Assembly (NCBI GenBank): GCA_035302925.1
Contig: DATGSG010000123.1
Coordinates: 11,655-75,654, forward strand
DNA from: Virgibacillus sp.
Lineage (GTDB): Bacteria; Bacillota; Bacilli; Bacillales; Amphibacillaceae
Reading direction: 5' to 3'
Length of the DNA stretch: 64,000 bases
Shown here: positions 53,265 to 64,000 of the stretch, in pieces
Layout of the letters: every line of letters begins with the position of its first letter
Numbering within the stretch: the first letter of the stretch is position 1
Program-made: the position numbers and the translations under genes
Notes under the pieces: generated by a model
Seen by the model: the letters and a program-made list of their open reading frames with translations, nothing else
Told to the model about the DNA's origin: nothing
Databases searched by the model: none

Positions 53265-54242
53265 TTAATAATTGATAACCTCTTCAACTTTTTCAATAAC
53301 ATCTTCATGGTCTGGTAACCAGTCATTTTCAGCTGCAGCAAATGAGTACACAGTATCTGGCGCAGTAACTCTTAATACAGGCGCTTCAAGATGCAAGATC
53401 GCTCTTTCCTGAATTTCAGCGACAATATTAGCAGCGATTCCTGCCTGACGTTGTGCTTCTTGTACAACAACGACTCGATTCGTCTTTTCAACAGATTCAA
53501 TAATTGTATCAACATCAATTGGAGAAACGGTTCTTAAATCAATAACTTCTGCTTCGATGCCTTTTTCTGCAAGTTCTTCAGCAGCTTTTAAAGATGTATG
53601 GACCATAGCTCCATAAGCAATGAGTGTGACATCTTTCCCTTCACGTTTAACATCTGCTTTCCCAAGTTCAATCGTATATGCTTCTTCTGGTACCTCTTCA
53701 CGGAATGAACGGTATAGCTTCATATGCTCTAAAAAGACGACTGGATCATTGTCACGAATCGCAGCAATCAACAACCCTTTAGCATCGTATGGTGTTGAAG
53801 GGATAACAACCTTTATTCCCGGTTGTTGTGCGATTAAACCTTCTAGTGAATCAGAATGAAGTTCAGGTGTTTGTACACCTCCACCAAATGGCGAGCGAAT
53901 GGTAATCGGTGCTGACTCTGTACCTCCTGAACGGTAACGCATCCGAGACATTTGTCCATTGATCGAATCCATTACTTCAAAGACAAAGCCGAAGAATTGG
54001 ATTTCCGGTACAGGGCGATAGCCTTCTAATGCGAGCCCGATTGCGAGACCACCAATTGCTGATTCCGCTAAAGGTGTATCAAACACACGCTCTTCTCCGA
54101 ACTCTTTCTGTAGTCCATCAGTAACTCGAAACACACCACCATTCGCACCAACATCTTCACCGAACACGAGTACATTTTCATCTTGCTCTAACTCTATTTT
54201 CATTGCATTAGTAATTGCTTGAACCATTGTCATTTGAGCCAT
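53265..54242 (-). CDS. pdhB: Pyruvate dehydrogenase E1 beta
   Basis: GEDVG, DTPLAES, PELHS. Confidence 0.96.
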   Translation of the reverse strand: MAQMTMVQAITNAMKIELEQDENVLVFGEDVGANGGVFRVTDGLQKEFGEERVFDTPLAESAIGGLAIGLALEGYRPVPEIQFFGFVFEVMDSINGQMSRMRYRSGGTESAPITIRSPFGGGVQTPELHSDSLEGLIAQQPGIKVVIPSTPYDAKGLLIAAIRDNDPVVFLEHMKLYRSFREEVPEEAYTIELGKADVKREGKDVTLIAYGAMVHTSLKAAEELAEKGIEAEVIDLRTVSPIDVDTIIESVEKTNRVVVVQEAQRQAGIAANIVAEIQERAILHLEAPVLRVTAPDTVYSFAAAENDWLPDHEDVIEKVEEVINY

Positions 54243-54245
54243 TAT

Positions 54246-55334
<1,089 letters not shown>

Positions 55335-55509
55335 TCACCTCTTCCTTTCTTATACCCCTATTATTGTCTATCTTGCCCAAAACATTAATTGTTTTCATCA
55401 TTACTTCTTTATTACCCTTTATTCTATTATTTAACCTCTAGGTCTAGTATACCATATACCTGTTACAATTTAAAAGGAAATAAGACTAGTACACTGAACT
55501 TGTATTGAC

Positions 55510-55538
55510 AGCATAACCAATCCACATATAATGGTCAA
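55510..55538 (-). promoter_or_regulatory. Probable SigA promoter of pdhABCD
   Basis: TTGACC-N17-TATGCT. Confidence 0.6.
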
Positions 55539-55716
55539 TCGTTATGCTTACTAGCCCCTATAACTTTAGCGTTCATTAAATGTGTTCCATAACAGATCAA
55601 CTTTAAGTGGATCTGTTATAGCTCATATAGAAAACTGTATTAATTAAGATGTTGAGGAGTGGCTTGGATTTGGATTTGTTTTATACTTATTTATCTCATG
55701 TTTTATAATAAATATA

Positions 55717-55756
55717 AAAAAGGGTCCCATTACCAATCGCGTAATGAAACCCTTTT
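55717..55756. terminator. Terminator after ykyA
   Basis: AAAAGGGT..CATTAC/GTAATG..ACCCTTTT stem. Confidence 0.65.
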
Positions 55757-55760
55757 GCTT

Positions 55761-56414
55761 CTACTCTTTAATATCAATATTCGCTTCTTTATAAAAACTT
55801 GTTTTTAGCGCATTATATTTTTTCGTTTTATCATTGAATGCATCACTTGCATCGAGCACTTCCTGATAACCTTCATTAATCTCAGTTATTTGCTGTGTCA
55901 CATCTTCCTCAGTTACTTCTTCATCTGATAACATTTCATAAAGTGTTGTTTCACGTTTCATTGATTCATTATACAGTTTATATAACTGCTTATAATTATC
56001 ATAACGATCCATCATAACCTTATACATATCTTCTGCAGTTGCCTTACCATGATCGGCGTCAAGGTTATCAATGTATTTTTCCGCTTCTTGGAAAGCTTCT
56101 TCAGATGCGTCCATACTTTCTTTTTCCTTTTTTATCTCATTTACTTGTTGATCGATAATATCAATCGCTTCTTGTGATTTTTCTTTGATCTCTTCCATGT
56201 CTTTCATTTCCAAGTCAACAATTTCGGCGTATAATTCTTGTCCCTCTTTTTCCAAAGCTAACAGCTCTTTTTGTCTTTCTTCAAAGTTTGCTTCCAGCTC
56301 ATAGGCTTCTTCTAGGTGATCATATATTTTATCCTCAGCAGCAGAGCCACTACAGGCTGTTATCAGCAGCAGTATGCTGGGAATGATGAATAACCCAATT
56401 CTTTTTAGTGACAC
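55761..56414 (-). CDS. ykyA: YkyA-like coiled-coil lipoprotein
   Basis: Lipobox ITAC, coiled coil, between pdhA and def. Confidence 0.75.
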   Translation of the reverse strand: MSLKRIGLFIIPSILLLITACSGSAAEDKIYDHLEEAYELEANFEERQKELLALEKEGQELYAEIVDLEMKDMEEIKEKSQEAIDIIDQQVNEIKKEKESMDASEEAFQEAEKYIDNLDADHGKATAEDMYKVMMDRYDNYKQLYKLYNESMKRETTLYEMLSDEEVTEEDVTQQITEINEGYQEVLDASDAFNDKTKKYNALKTSFYKEANIDIKE

Positions 56415-56645
56415 GGGTTGATACCCCTCCTTGATTTCGTTCACAATCATTTACTTTGTTTTTATTTTGTATTTTAGTAGTATAACATAAATATAAAGGA
56501 ATCATATCATAATTATCTACACCATCTGTTTAGTCATCATTTTATGATCTTTATACTCACTTTATGATAAACTGAACAAATGATATCGATAAACGATAAA
56601 TCATCATTAAACACATTTATATAAAAACAGGAGTGACTGGAAGAT

Positions 56646-57197
56646 ATGATAACGATGAAAGATATTGTACGAGAAGGACACCCTTCCTTACGAGAAAAGG
56701 CAAAGGAAGTTACTGTTCCACCTCTTAAGGAAGATATTCAACTTTTAAACAAGATGATCACCTTTCTAAAAAACAGCCAAGATGAGGAGATCGCTGAAAA
56801 ACACCAACTAAGATCTGGGGTCGGCTTAGCTGCTCCACAACTCGGAGTTAATAAACGGCTCATTGCCACTCATTTTGATGATCAAGATGAACAACTACAC
56901 AGTTACCAACTCATCAATCCAAGAATCGTAAGCCATTCAGTTCAACATGCTTATTTAGCGAGTGGTGAAGGTTGTCTTTCCGTCGACCGGAATGTTGATG
57001 GATATGTCGTTCGACATGCACGCATAACAATCAAAGCAATTGATATTGATGGCAAACCTGTAAAATTACGCTTCAGAGGATATCCAGCTATTGTCATTCA
57101 GCATGAAATTGATCATTTAAATGGAGTCATGTTCTTCGATCACATCAATAAACAAGATCCCTATTTTGTTCCCGAAAATGCACGGGCAATTGAATAA
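56646..57197 (+). CDS. def: Peptide deformylase
   Basis: [19 protein letters not shown]. Confidence 0.96.
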   Translation: MITMKDIVREGHPSLREKAKEVTVPPLKEDIQLLNKMITFLKNSQDEEIAEKHQLRSGVGLAAPQLGVNKRLIATHFDDQDEQLHSYQLINPRIVSHSVQHAYLASGEGCLSVDRNVDGYVVRHARITIKAIDIDGKPVKLRFRGYPAIVIQHEIDHLNGVMFFDHINKQDPYFVPENARAIE

Positions 57198-57223
57198 GAA
57201 CTCATTTTTTTCATATGCAAGTG

Positions 57224-57339
57224 AATGAATTTCATAATTACCATAACAAGCGAAGTCACTTCAACATGTAGATGTAAAGGAGTCAATACAATTACATACT
57301 GAAGTGATGTAGCTATAAATAGGAATTATCAAACTCATT
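57224..57339 (+). repeat. Palindromic element, copy 3 (116 bp)
   Basis: AATGAATTTCATAAT...ATTATCAAACTCATT; TCACTTCA/TGAAGTGA stem; AAGGAGTCAA loop. Confidence 0.9.
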
Positions 57340-57366
57340 AAAGTAAAAGGCGAAGCACAACGGCAT

Positions 57367-58140
57367 TTATAATAAATTGAAATGCTGCAAACCTGTTAGA
57401 ACTCCATCCTCATCAACAGATTTTGTAGTATAATCAGCAATTTCCTTTAGTTCTGGGATCGAATTTCCCATCGCAATACCAGTACCTGCCTCTTTGATCA
57501 ACTCCATATCATTAGATCCATCGCCAAAAGCATAGGAAGCTGTTTTTTTAAGACCCTTAGCTTCGATAATCTTGTTCATACCAATAGCCTTTGATGCTCC
57601 TAACGGCATAATATCACAGGAAAGCTCATGCCAGCGTAAAAAGTGAAAATCCTGGTGTTGCTTTTGAATCACGCCTTCTTCCTTTTCATTACAAAATAAT
57701 AAGGCTTGAAAAATAGCTTCTTGTTGATAGTAGGTAGGATCGACTAGCGGATAAGAAGATAATAACTTATGATAAGTAGCTTTAATATCTGGATGTTCCG
57801 TAACCGTTGCCCGCATTTCATTTTTCCCAATCAACATCATCGGATGTCCCCTATCAATTGCATCCTCATGGAGTTTCTGTAACGCTTGTACCTCCAATGG
57901 GTTTTCATAAATAACCTCTCCATTACATACAACCTGTTGTCCATTGAAGCTAATATATGAATCTATATCCAGTTCGTCACGTATTTCTTGAAACATAAAT
58001 GGCGGACGCCCTGTAGCGATTGCGATATGTACACCATTTCTTTGTAAATCTTTAATCGCTTGTTTTGTAGTCGCTAACATCTGTTTTTCATCATCTACAA
58101 GAGTTCCATCAATATCAAAAAAGACAATTGTTTTATCCAT
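57367..58140 (-). CDS. ykrA: Cof-type HAD-IIB hydrolase (YkrA)
   Basis: DIDGT, ATGR, FGDGSND, AMGN; synteny. Confidence 0.85.
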   Translation of the reverse strand: MDKTIVFFDIDGTLVDDEKQMLATTKQAIKDLQRNGVHIAIATGRPPFMFQEIRDELDIDSYISFNGQQVVCNGEVIYENPLEVQALQKLHEDAIDRGHPMMLIGKNEMRATVTEHPDIKATYHKLLSSYPLVDPTYYQQEAIFQALLFCNEKEEGVIQKQHQDFHFLRWHELSCDIMPLGASKAIGMNKIIEAKGLKKTASYAFGDGSNDMELIKEAGTGIAMGNSIPELKEIADYTTKSVDEDGVLTGLQHFNLL

Positions 58141-58188
58141 CTCTATGTTGCCCCTTTATATAAAGTATTTTAATAAATACTGAATAAG

Positions 58189-58304
58189 AATGAATTTCAT
58201 AATTATCCTAATCAGCCACATCGACAACACATATAGTTAAGAATGGTTCAACGCAACTATATTTTGTAGAGATGTGGCACTAAACCGGTATTATAAAATT
58301 CATT
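58189..58304 (+). repeat. Palindromic element, copy 4 (116 bp)
   Basis: AATGAATTTCATAAT...ATTATAAAATTCATT; GCCACATC/GATGTGGC stem; AATGGTTCAA loop. Confidence 0.9.
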
Positions 58305-58311
58305 AAATAAG

Positions 58312-58427
58312 AATGAATTTCATAATTACTATAATCAGCTATGTCACTTCCATAGGTAGTTGTAAACGAATCAATACAGTTATATGTTGAAGTTGTATAG
58401 CTATAAACAGAGATTATGAAATTCAAT
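58312..58427 (+). repeat. Palindromic element, copy 5 (116 bp)
   Basis: AATGAATTTCATAAT...ATTATGAAATTCAAT; AGCTAT/ATAGCT stem; AACGAATCAA loop. Confidence 0.9.
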
Positions 58428-58513
58428 AAATGATGGTAATCAATTACGCGTATAAAATCTGAAGCATACGCAAAAAATAAAGTTTAAAGAAGACGCTTTC
58501 TCCTCAACAACTG

Positions 58514-58628
58514 AATAATTTCATAATTTCCTAAACCAGCTATGTCGCTATAACATGTAGTTGGGAACGATTCAACTCCACTACATGTTATAGCCGTGTT
58601 GGGATAAAACCGTATTATGAAATTCATT
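58514..58628 (+). repeat. Palindromic element, copy 6 (115 bp)
   Basis: AATAATTTCATAAT...ATTATGAAATTCATT; perfect 15-bp stem GCTATAACATGTAGT/ACTACATGTTATAGC; AACGATTCAA loop. Confidence 0.9.
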
Positions 58629-58771
58629 AAACAAGGTGTTTTTTTAAAATAGAGAAGTATTTTTATTTCATTATTAGGCAAATCATACTATACTATAAAT
58701 TAAGAGGGATTGGATCGGTAAAATATTTTGGTTGATTTTCTTATAATTTTTGAAAGGAGATGTAGAAGATC

Positions 58772-58873
58772 ATGTTGAAACGCCTAAGAGAAAAGCTAAG
58801 AAAACGGTGGAATGATTTTTTAGGCAAAGAACGTGCTCCGACAACGTATAAAAAAGATCCTAACAACCATTAA
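58772..58873 (+). CDS. Putative 33-aa basic small protein
   Basis: [33 protein letters not shown] preceded by GAAAGGAGATG. Confidence 0.5.
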   Translation: MLKRLREKLRKRWNDFLGKERAPTTYKKDPNNH

Positions 58874-59048
58874 TATAACCAATCACACACTAATATGGTA
58901 CTATAGAGTGACGCATCATACAACGGGAATTACGGAATTACTGTTATATCTATACATGATGAGCGGATATGCATCTAATATTTTTGTATATGTTGAAGTC
59001 AGAAGCGATTTAAATATCGTAAAAAAAGAAGATAATAGGAGAGATGAA

Positions 59049-59258
59049 ATGATTTATAAAGTACTATACCAAGAATCAATACATGAAATACCAGTACGTG
59101 AACAAACAAAATCCTTATATATAGAAGCTGAATCTATACGTGAGGTCAGAGCAAAGTTAGTCGATCGCGAATATAACATTGAATACATTCAAAAACTAGA
59201 TGGAGCCCATTTAGAATACGAAAAGCAATCAGATGCTTTTAAGATGGAGAATATATAA
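59049..59258 (+). CDS. rpoY: RNA polymerase epsilon subunit (YkzG)
   Basis: MIYKVLYQE...[10 protein letters not shown]...YNIEYIQ...LEYEK. Confidence 0.93.
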   Translation: MIYKVLYQESIHEIPVREQTKSLYIEAESIREVRAKLVDREYNIEYIQKLDGAHLEYEKQSDAFKMENI

Positions 59259-59262
59259 TATT

Positions 59263-60930
59263 ATGAAATTTGTAAAGAATGATCAAACAGCAGTTTTTGC
59301 ATTGGGCGGACTCGGAGAAATCGGAAAAAATACGTATGGAGTTCAATTTCAAGATGAAATCATCTTGATCGACGCGGGAATTAAGTTTCCCGAAGATGAA
59401 TTACTTGGAATTGATTATGTTATTCCGGATTACAGTTATTTAGTGCAAAACCAAAATAAAATTAAAGGGTTATTTGTAACCCACGGACATGAAGACCATA
59501 TTGGCGGTATTCCGTATCTTTTACGTGAAATGAATATCCCCATCTATGCAGGAAAACTTGCAATGGGTTTAATCCGAAATAAGTTAGATGAACATGGATT
59601 GCTACGAACCGCAAAATTAAATATTATTGACGAAGATGCCGTCATTAAATTCCGTAAAACATCAATTAGTTTTTTCCGTGTTACTCATAGTATTCCCGAC
59701 TCTTTTGGAGTTGTCGTTAAAACTCCACCAGGAAATATTGTACACACAGGTGATTTTAAATTTGACTTTACGCCAGTCGGTGAAACAGCTGACTTAGCGA
59801 GAATGGCTCAAATTGGAGAAGATGGTGTACTTTGTTTACTCTCAGACAGTACAAACAGTGAAGTTCCTGGCTTTACAATGTCTGAACAAGTTGTTGGTGG
59901 CAATATCCAAGATATATTTAGTAAAGCAGATGGCCGATTAATATTTGCAACTTTTGCCTCTAATATTTATCGTCTGCAACAAGTTGTCGAAGCTTCTGTT
60001 AAATACAATCGTAAAGTTGCCGTATTTGGCCGCAGCATGGAGAACTCAATTGCTATTGGACAAGAACTCGGTTATATTAGCGCACCTAAAGATACATTTA
60101 TTGATACACATCAAATCAACCGACTTCCTGCACAAGATGTAACGATTCTCTGTACTGGATCACAAGGAGAACCGATGGCTGCATTGTCTAGAATTGCAAA
60201 TGGTACACATCGACAAATCCAAGTTATTCCTGGTGACACAGTCGTCTTTTCATCATCGCCAATCCCTGGTAACAACGTCAGTGTCAGTCGAACAATTGAT
60301 AAGTTATCTCGTGCCGGAGCCGATGTTATTCATGGTCCATTAAGTAATATCCATACATCTGGTCATGGTAGTCAAGAAGAACAAAAACTTATGTTGCGAC
60401 TCATAAAGCCTAAATACTTTATGCCGATACACGGTGAATACCGTATGTTAAAGGAACACATCAAACTTGCTGAGGCTTGTGATGTTGATGAGGACCATTC
60501 ATTTATCATGGATAATGGAGATGTCCTTGCATTAGGCAAAGATTTGGCCAATATAGCCGGTAAAATACCGTCTGGATCTGTCTATGTAGATGGTAGTGGT
60601 ATTGGAGATATTGGAAACATCGTCCTACGTGACCGAAGAATTCTATCTGAAGAAGGATTAGTCATTGTCGTCGTTAGTATCAATATGAAGGAATTCACGA
60701 TTCCAGCAGGCCCCGATATTATTTCACGTGGCTTTGTTTATATGAGAGAATCTGAAGACTTGATTAATGAAGCACAGAAGTTGGTCTCTTCCCATTTGGA
60801 AAAAGTCATGGCTCGTAAAACAACCCAATGGTCAGAGATTAAAAATGAAATTACAGACACGATTGCACCATTCCTTTATGAAAAGACAAAACGTAGACCA
60901 ATGATCTTACCGATTATTATGGAAGTTTAA
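59263..60930 (+). CDS. rnjA: Ribonuclease J1
   Basis: [22 protein letters not shown]; 555 aa. Confidence 0.97.
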   Translation: MKFVKNDQTAVFALGGLGEIGKNTYGVQFQDEIILIDAGIKFPEDELLGIDYVIPDYSYLVQNQNKIKGLFVTHGHEDHIGGIPYLLREMNIPIYAGKLAMGLIRNKLDEHGLLRTAKLNIIDEDAVIKFRKTSISFFRVTHSIPDSFGVVVKTPPGNIVHTGDFKFDFTPVGETADLARMAQIGEDGVLCLLSDSTNSEVPGFTMSEQVVGGNIQDIFSKADGRLIFATFASNIYRLQQVVEASVKYNRKVAVFGRSMENSIAIGQELGYISAPKDTFIDTHQINRLPAQDVTILCTGSQGEPMAALSRIANGTHRQIQVIPGDTVVFSSSPIPGNNVSVSRTIDKLSRAGADVIHGPLSNIHTSGHGSQEEQKLMLRLIKPKYFMPIHGEYRMLKEHIKLAEACDVDEDHSFIMDNGDVLALGKDLANIAGKIPSGSVYVDGSGIGDIGNIVLRDRRILSEEGLVIVVVSINMKEFTIPAGPDIISRGFVYMRESEDLINEAQKLVSSHLEKVMARKTTQWSEIKNEITDTIAPFLYEKTKRRPMILPIIMEV

Positions 60931-60933
60931 AAC

Positions 60934-60978
60934 AAAAAACGACTGACATTGTTCTTTATGAACGTGTCAGTCGTTTTT
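60934..60978. terminator. Bidirectional terminator rnjA/ktrC
   Basis: AAAAACGACTGACA/TGTCAGTCGTTTTT. Confidence 0.82.
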
Positions 60979-60999
60979 ATTTTCCTCTAAATTCTTCAA

Positions 61000-61665
61000 T
61001 CAATCATCAATCACCAGTTTCTTTTCAAACCGGGAGATATCTTTATCAGAACCGATTACAATTAAAACATTTTCTTTTTCAATCGTAAAGTCGGCAGTCG
61101 GGGAAACATTAATTTCCTTGCCAACTTTCACTGCGACGACGTTACAGCCATAGCGAGCTCGAATATCGAGATCAATTAATGACTTACCAAGCATTCTCTT
61201 ACTTGCTTTCACTTCTACAATACTATACTCATCTGACAACTCTAAATAATCAAGAATATTGTTCGAAATGATACTATGAGCTATTCTTCTTCCCATATCA
61301 CGTTCCGGATGAACAACTTGATCAGCACCTATTTTATTTAATATCCTTTCATGATAATCACTTTGTGCCTTTACTGTAATCTTCTTAATTCCCAAGTCAG
61401 TTAAAATAACTGTTGTTAAAATACTTGCTTGAATATTATCTCCGATCGCAATTATCACATGATCAATATTCCGGATACCTAATTCCTTTAGTGCCGCTTC
61501 ATCAGTGGAATCTGCGATGACTGCATGTGAGGCTATTGCTTTATATTCATTCACTATATCCTCATCACGATCAATCGCGAGAACTTCCATCCCTTCCATA
61601 CTCAATTCACGACATACACTTCCCCCAAAACGTCCAAGCCCAATAACAGCAAATTCGCGTTTCAT
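61000..61665 (-). CDS. ktrC: Ktr K+ uptake regulatory (RCK) subunit
   Basis: FAVIGLGRFG, HPERDMG; synteny with rnjA. Confidence 0.87.
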   Translation of the reverse strand: MKREFAVIGLGRFGGSVCRELSMEGMEVLAIDRDEDIVNEYKAIASHAVIADSTDEAALKELGIRNIDHVIIAIGDNIQASILTTVILTDLGIKKITVKAQSDYHERILNKIGADQVVHPERDMGRRIAHSIISNNILDYLELSDEYSIVEVKASKRMLGKSLIDLDIRARYGCNVVAVKVGKEINVSPTADFTIEKENVLIVIGSDKDISRFEKKLVIDD

Positions 61666-61730
61666 TTTACCTTCCCCCTTGCAACAATCTCTCCCTCAGT
61701 TTAGCACAATTACTCAATTACATTCTCTCT

Positions 61731-63572
61731 TCAAATAGCGTCTAACATATCAAATTGTGACTTGATTAATCCAAAGTATTCTCCACGCATAGCCATTAAC
61801 TCATCATGATTTCCGTTTTCTAAAATTCTGCCATTTTCTAACACATAGATATTATCCGATTCACGAATTGTAGAGAGGCGGTGCGCAATAACAATAGCAG
61901 TTCTCCCTTTCAGCAATCGTGCTAAAGCGGCTTGGATTTTAACCTCTGTTTCCGTATCAATACTTGCTGTTGCCTCATCTAAAATTAATATACTTGGGTC
62001 TGCTAATAAGGCTCGAGCAAAAGATAAGAGCTGTCTTTCGCCGGCTGATAAAATACTGCCACGTTCTTCTACTTCTGTTTGATACTTATTGGTTAGACGT
62101 TGAATGAAGTCATCTGCTCCCACGACTCGTGCAGCTTCAATCACTTCTTCATCAGAGGCATCCGGTTTCCCAAAGCGAATATTTTCCATAATGGTCCCAG
62201 AAAAGATAAATGTTTCCTGTAATACAACGCTAATCCGTTGACGTAAACTGTTTAATTGGACATTCCTTAGATCATATCCATCCACTTTAACAGTCCCTTT
62301 TGTTGGATCATAAAATCGACTGATAAGATTCGCGATGGTCGATTTCCCACTACCTGTATGACCTACAAGTGCCACGGTTTGACCTGCTTTAATAGCTAAT
62401 GAAATATGTTGTAATGCAATACGATCCTCTTCATATGAAAATTGGACTTGATCAAATTCAATCTGGCCTTGCATCTGTGAAAATTCATGTGCATCATCTA
62501 TTTCCTCGACATTTGGTTGCTCATCTAAAAACTCGAAGATCCGTTCAGAAGCCGCCATGGCTTGCAACAGCTGATTATACATTTGCCCAAGTCGTGAGAT
62601 CGGATCCCAAAACATTCCTAGGAAAAAGGCAAATGATACAAATGTACCAATTTCAATGCCACCATTATCGACTCCAAGTAAAATCAAATACGCGCCAAAG
62701 GTGATTAATATAACCGTGCCAATCGCATTACTCATTTCTACGAAGGGACGAAACATCGCACTTTTTTTTGTTGCTTGTCGCCAACTCTCGTAATTGTCAT
62801 AATTAATACCATTAAAAAATTCAGCATTTTCTTTTTCCTGAGTAAAAGATTGTGTGATTCTTATGCCTTGAATACTCTCATTTAAATGCGAATTTAAACG
62901 TGATTGTTGAATCCGTACATCTTGCCAAGAGCGACGAATCGATCGTCTTAACTTTGTTGATACATAGAACATGAGTGGCAGAATAACCATAATCGCCAAG
63001 GCAAGCTTTGGACTTAAAACGAATAAAATGATAATAATCCCTGCCAATGTCACAATATCCATTAGTAAATTAATGATTCCATTTGTAAATAGTTCCTGTA
63101 GCGAGTTAATATCATTTAGAATCCTAACAAGAATGGATCCAGCTGAACGTGTGTCAAAAAAACGATGTGATAATCGTTGTACATGCTGAAATAAATGTTG
63201 CCGAATATCATAAATAACATTTTGCCCTAATATGTTTACCCATTTAATTCTAAAAACATTAGCAACATAACTGAGCAAATATAATCCAGCAATAACAACC
63301 ACAAGATACGTTAGCAGTGTTGCATCTTTATTTTTTATTGCGATATCAATGGCTACCTTACCAATTAATATCGGTACAAGTAGACGGATAATCGTTGATA
63401 CTAACATGGCGATGATAGCCCCTGGTAAATAGTTTTTTGAATAAGGCTTTAAGTAATCAAGCAACCGCCAGATTTGCTGCCAGTTAAAAGGCTTTTCAAT
63501 CGCCAGATCAATCGTATAATAAAATCGTTTCAGATGTCGGCTTTTAGTTGAAGTCTCTTTTTTTGAACTCAA
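61731..63572 (-). CDS. ABC exporter, fused TMD-NBD (YknV-like)
   Basis: GHTGSGKS, LSAGERQ, ILDEATA. Confidence 0.9.
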   Translation of the reverse strand: MSSKKETSTKSRHLKRFYYTIDLAIEKPFNWQQIWRLLDYLKPYSKNYLPGAIIAMLVSTIIRLLVPILIGKVAIDIAIKNKDATLLTYLVVVIAGLYLLSYVANVFRIKWVNILGQNVIYDIRQHLFQHVQRLSHRFFDTRSAGSILVRILNDINSLQELFTNGIINLLMDIVTLAGIIIILFVLSPKLALAIMVILPLMFYVSTKLRRSIRRSWQDVRIQQSRLNSHLNESIQGIRITQSFTQEKENAEFFNGINYDNYESWRQATKKSAMFRPFVEMSNAIGTVILITFGAYLILLGVDNGGIEIGTFVSFAFFLGMFWDPISRLGQMYNQLLQAMAASERIFEFLDEQPNVEEIDDAHEFSQMQGQIEFDQVQFSYEEDRIALQHISLAIKAGQTVALVGHTGSGKSTIANLISRFYDPTKGTVKVDGYDLRNVQLNSLRQRISVVLQETFIFSGTIMENIRFGKPDASDEEVIEAARVVGADDFIQRLTNKYQTEVEERGSILSAGERQLLSFARALLADPSILILDEATASIDTETEVKIQAALARLLKGRTAIVIAHRLSTIRESDNIYVLENGRILENGNHDELMAMRGEYFGLIKSQFDMLDAI

Positions 63573-63590
63573 ATTATCTCACCTCCCTAC

Positions 63591-64000
63591 CTATTTTGTA
63601 TCACTCATAATGGCTTCACGATCTTGATATTGAATATCATAAATCCGTTCATATTGACCACCTTGTGCAAGAAGCGATTCATGGGAACCCCTCTCAATAA
63701 TTGTCCCTTCATCAAGCACGAGAATTTCATCCGCATGTTTTAAGGATGAGATTCGGTGGGCGATAATAAATGATGTTCGCTCTTTCATGACCTCTTTCAA
63801 AGCCTTTTGGATAGCGAATTCTGTATCCATATCTACGGCTGAGGTGGCATCATCTAAAATTAAAATACTCGGATTGATACAAATCGCACGAGCAATCGCA
63901 ATGCGTTGCTTTTGTCCACCTGATAAACCCATACCACGCTCACCTAGCAAAGTGTCATATCCTTCAGGCATCTCCATAATAAAATCATGTGCTTGGGCTC
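63591..64000 (-). CDS. ABC exporter partner (YknU-like), 3' part only
   Basis: LSGGQKQR, degenerate Walker B LDDATS; truncated by window edge. Confidence 0.87.
   Translation of the reverse strand, partial: AQAHDFIMEMPEGYDTLLGERGMGLSGGQKQRIAIARAICINPSILILDDATSAVDMDTEFAIQKALKEVMKERTSFIIAHRISSLKHADEILVLDEGTIIERGSHESLLAQGGQYERIYDIQYQDREAIMSDTK

Noticed and set aside
57191-57200. TGAATAAGAA shared with 58181-58190 as a possible target-site duplication
   Set aside because: It includes the def stop codon and lies 23 bp from copy 3 rather than abutting it; likely chance in AT-rich DNA.
57224-58304. Composite transposon carrying ykrA between copies 3 and 4
   Set aside because: def-ykrA-rpoY-rnjA is the B. 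subtilis order, so the gene was not brought in by the elements.
58189-58628. CRISPR array interpretation of the tandem elements
   Set aside because: The inner segments are homologous to each other and self-complementary, not unique spacers. The bounding repeats are inverted and no cas genes are present.
58484-58681. 65-aa ORF crossing copy 6, and a general coding role for the element
   Set aside because: No RBS is evident, and the equivalent frame has stop codons in copies 1, 3 and 4.
58833-59048. N-terminal extension of rpoY in the ORF track
   Set aside because: The AGGAG RBS and family length (~69 aa) place the start at 59049.

Overview
Low-GC, endospore-forming Bacillaceae chromosome segment. 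The acidic extracytoplasmic proteins suggest a Virgibacillus/Oceanobacillus-like halophile (inference). It is largely syntenic with the B. subtilis ftsZ-to-yknU region, read in reverse: dcw cluster, bshC/panE, ylb genes, rpmF, coaD/rsmD, a CsfG-like sRNA, cytochrome caa3 oxidase (cta) genes, pyc, ftsW, yla genes, pdhABCD, def, rpoY-rnjA, ktrC and an ABC exporter pair. No transposase, integrase, CRISPR, tRNA or rRNA gene is visible. The main unexplained signal is a family of ~115-bp intergenic palindromic elements: five full copies (17505, 57224, 58189, 58312, 58514), one internally deleted copy (22920), one apparent empty or collapsed site (44975) and one solo end (50462). They share 15-bp terminal inverted repeats built on the palindrome ATGAAWTTCAT, a long inner stem whose pairing is kept while its sequence diverges, and a conserved 10-nt apical loop. 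All gene calls come from recognising translated sequence and synteny; no database search was run.
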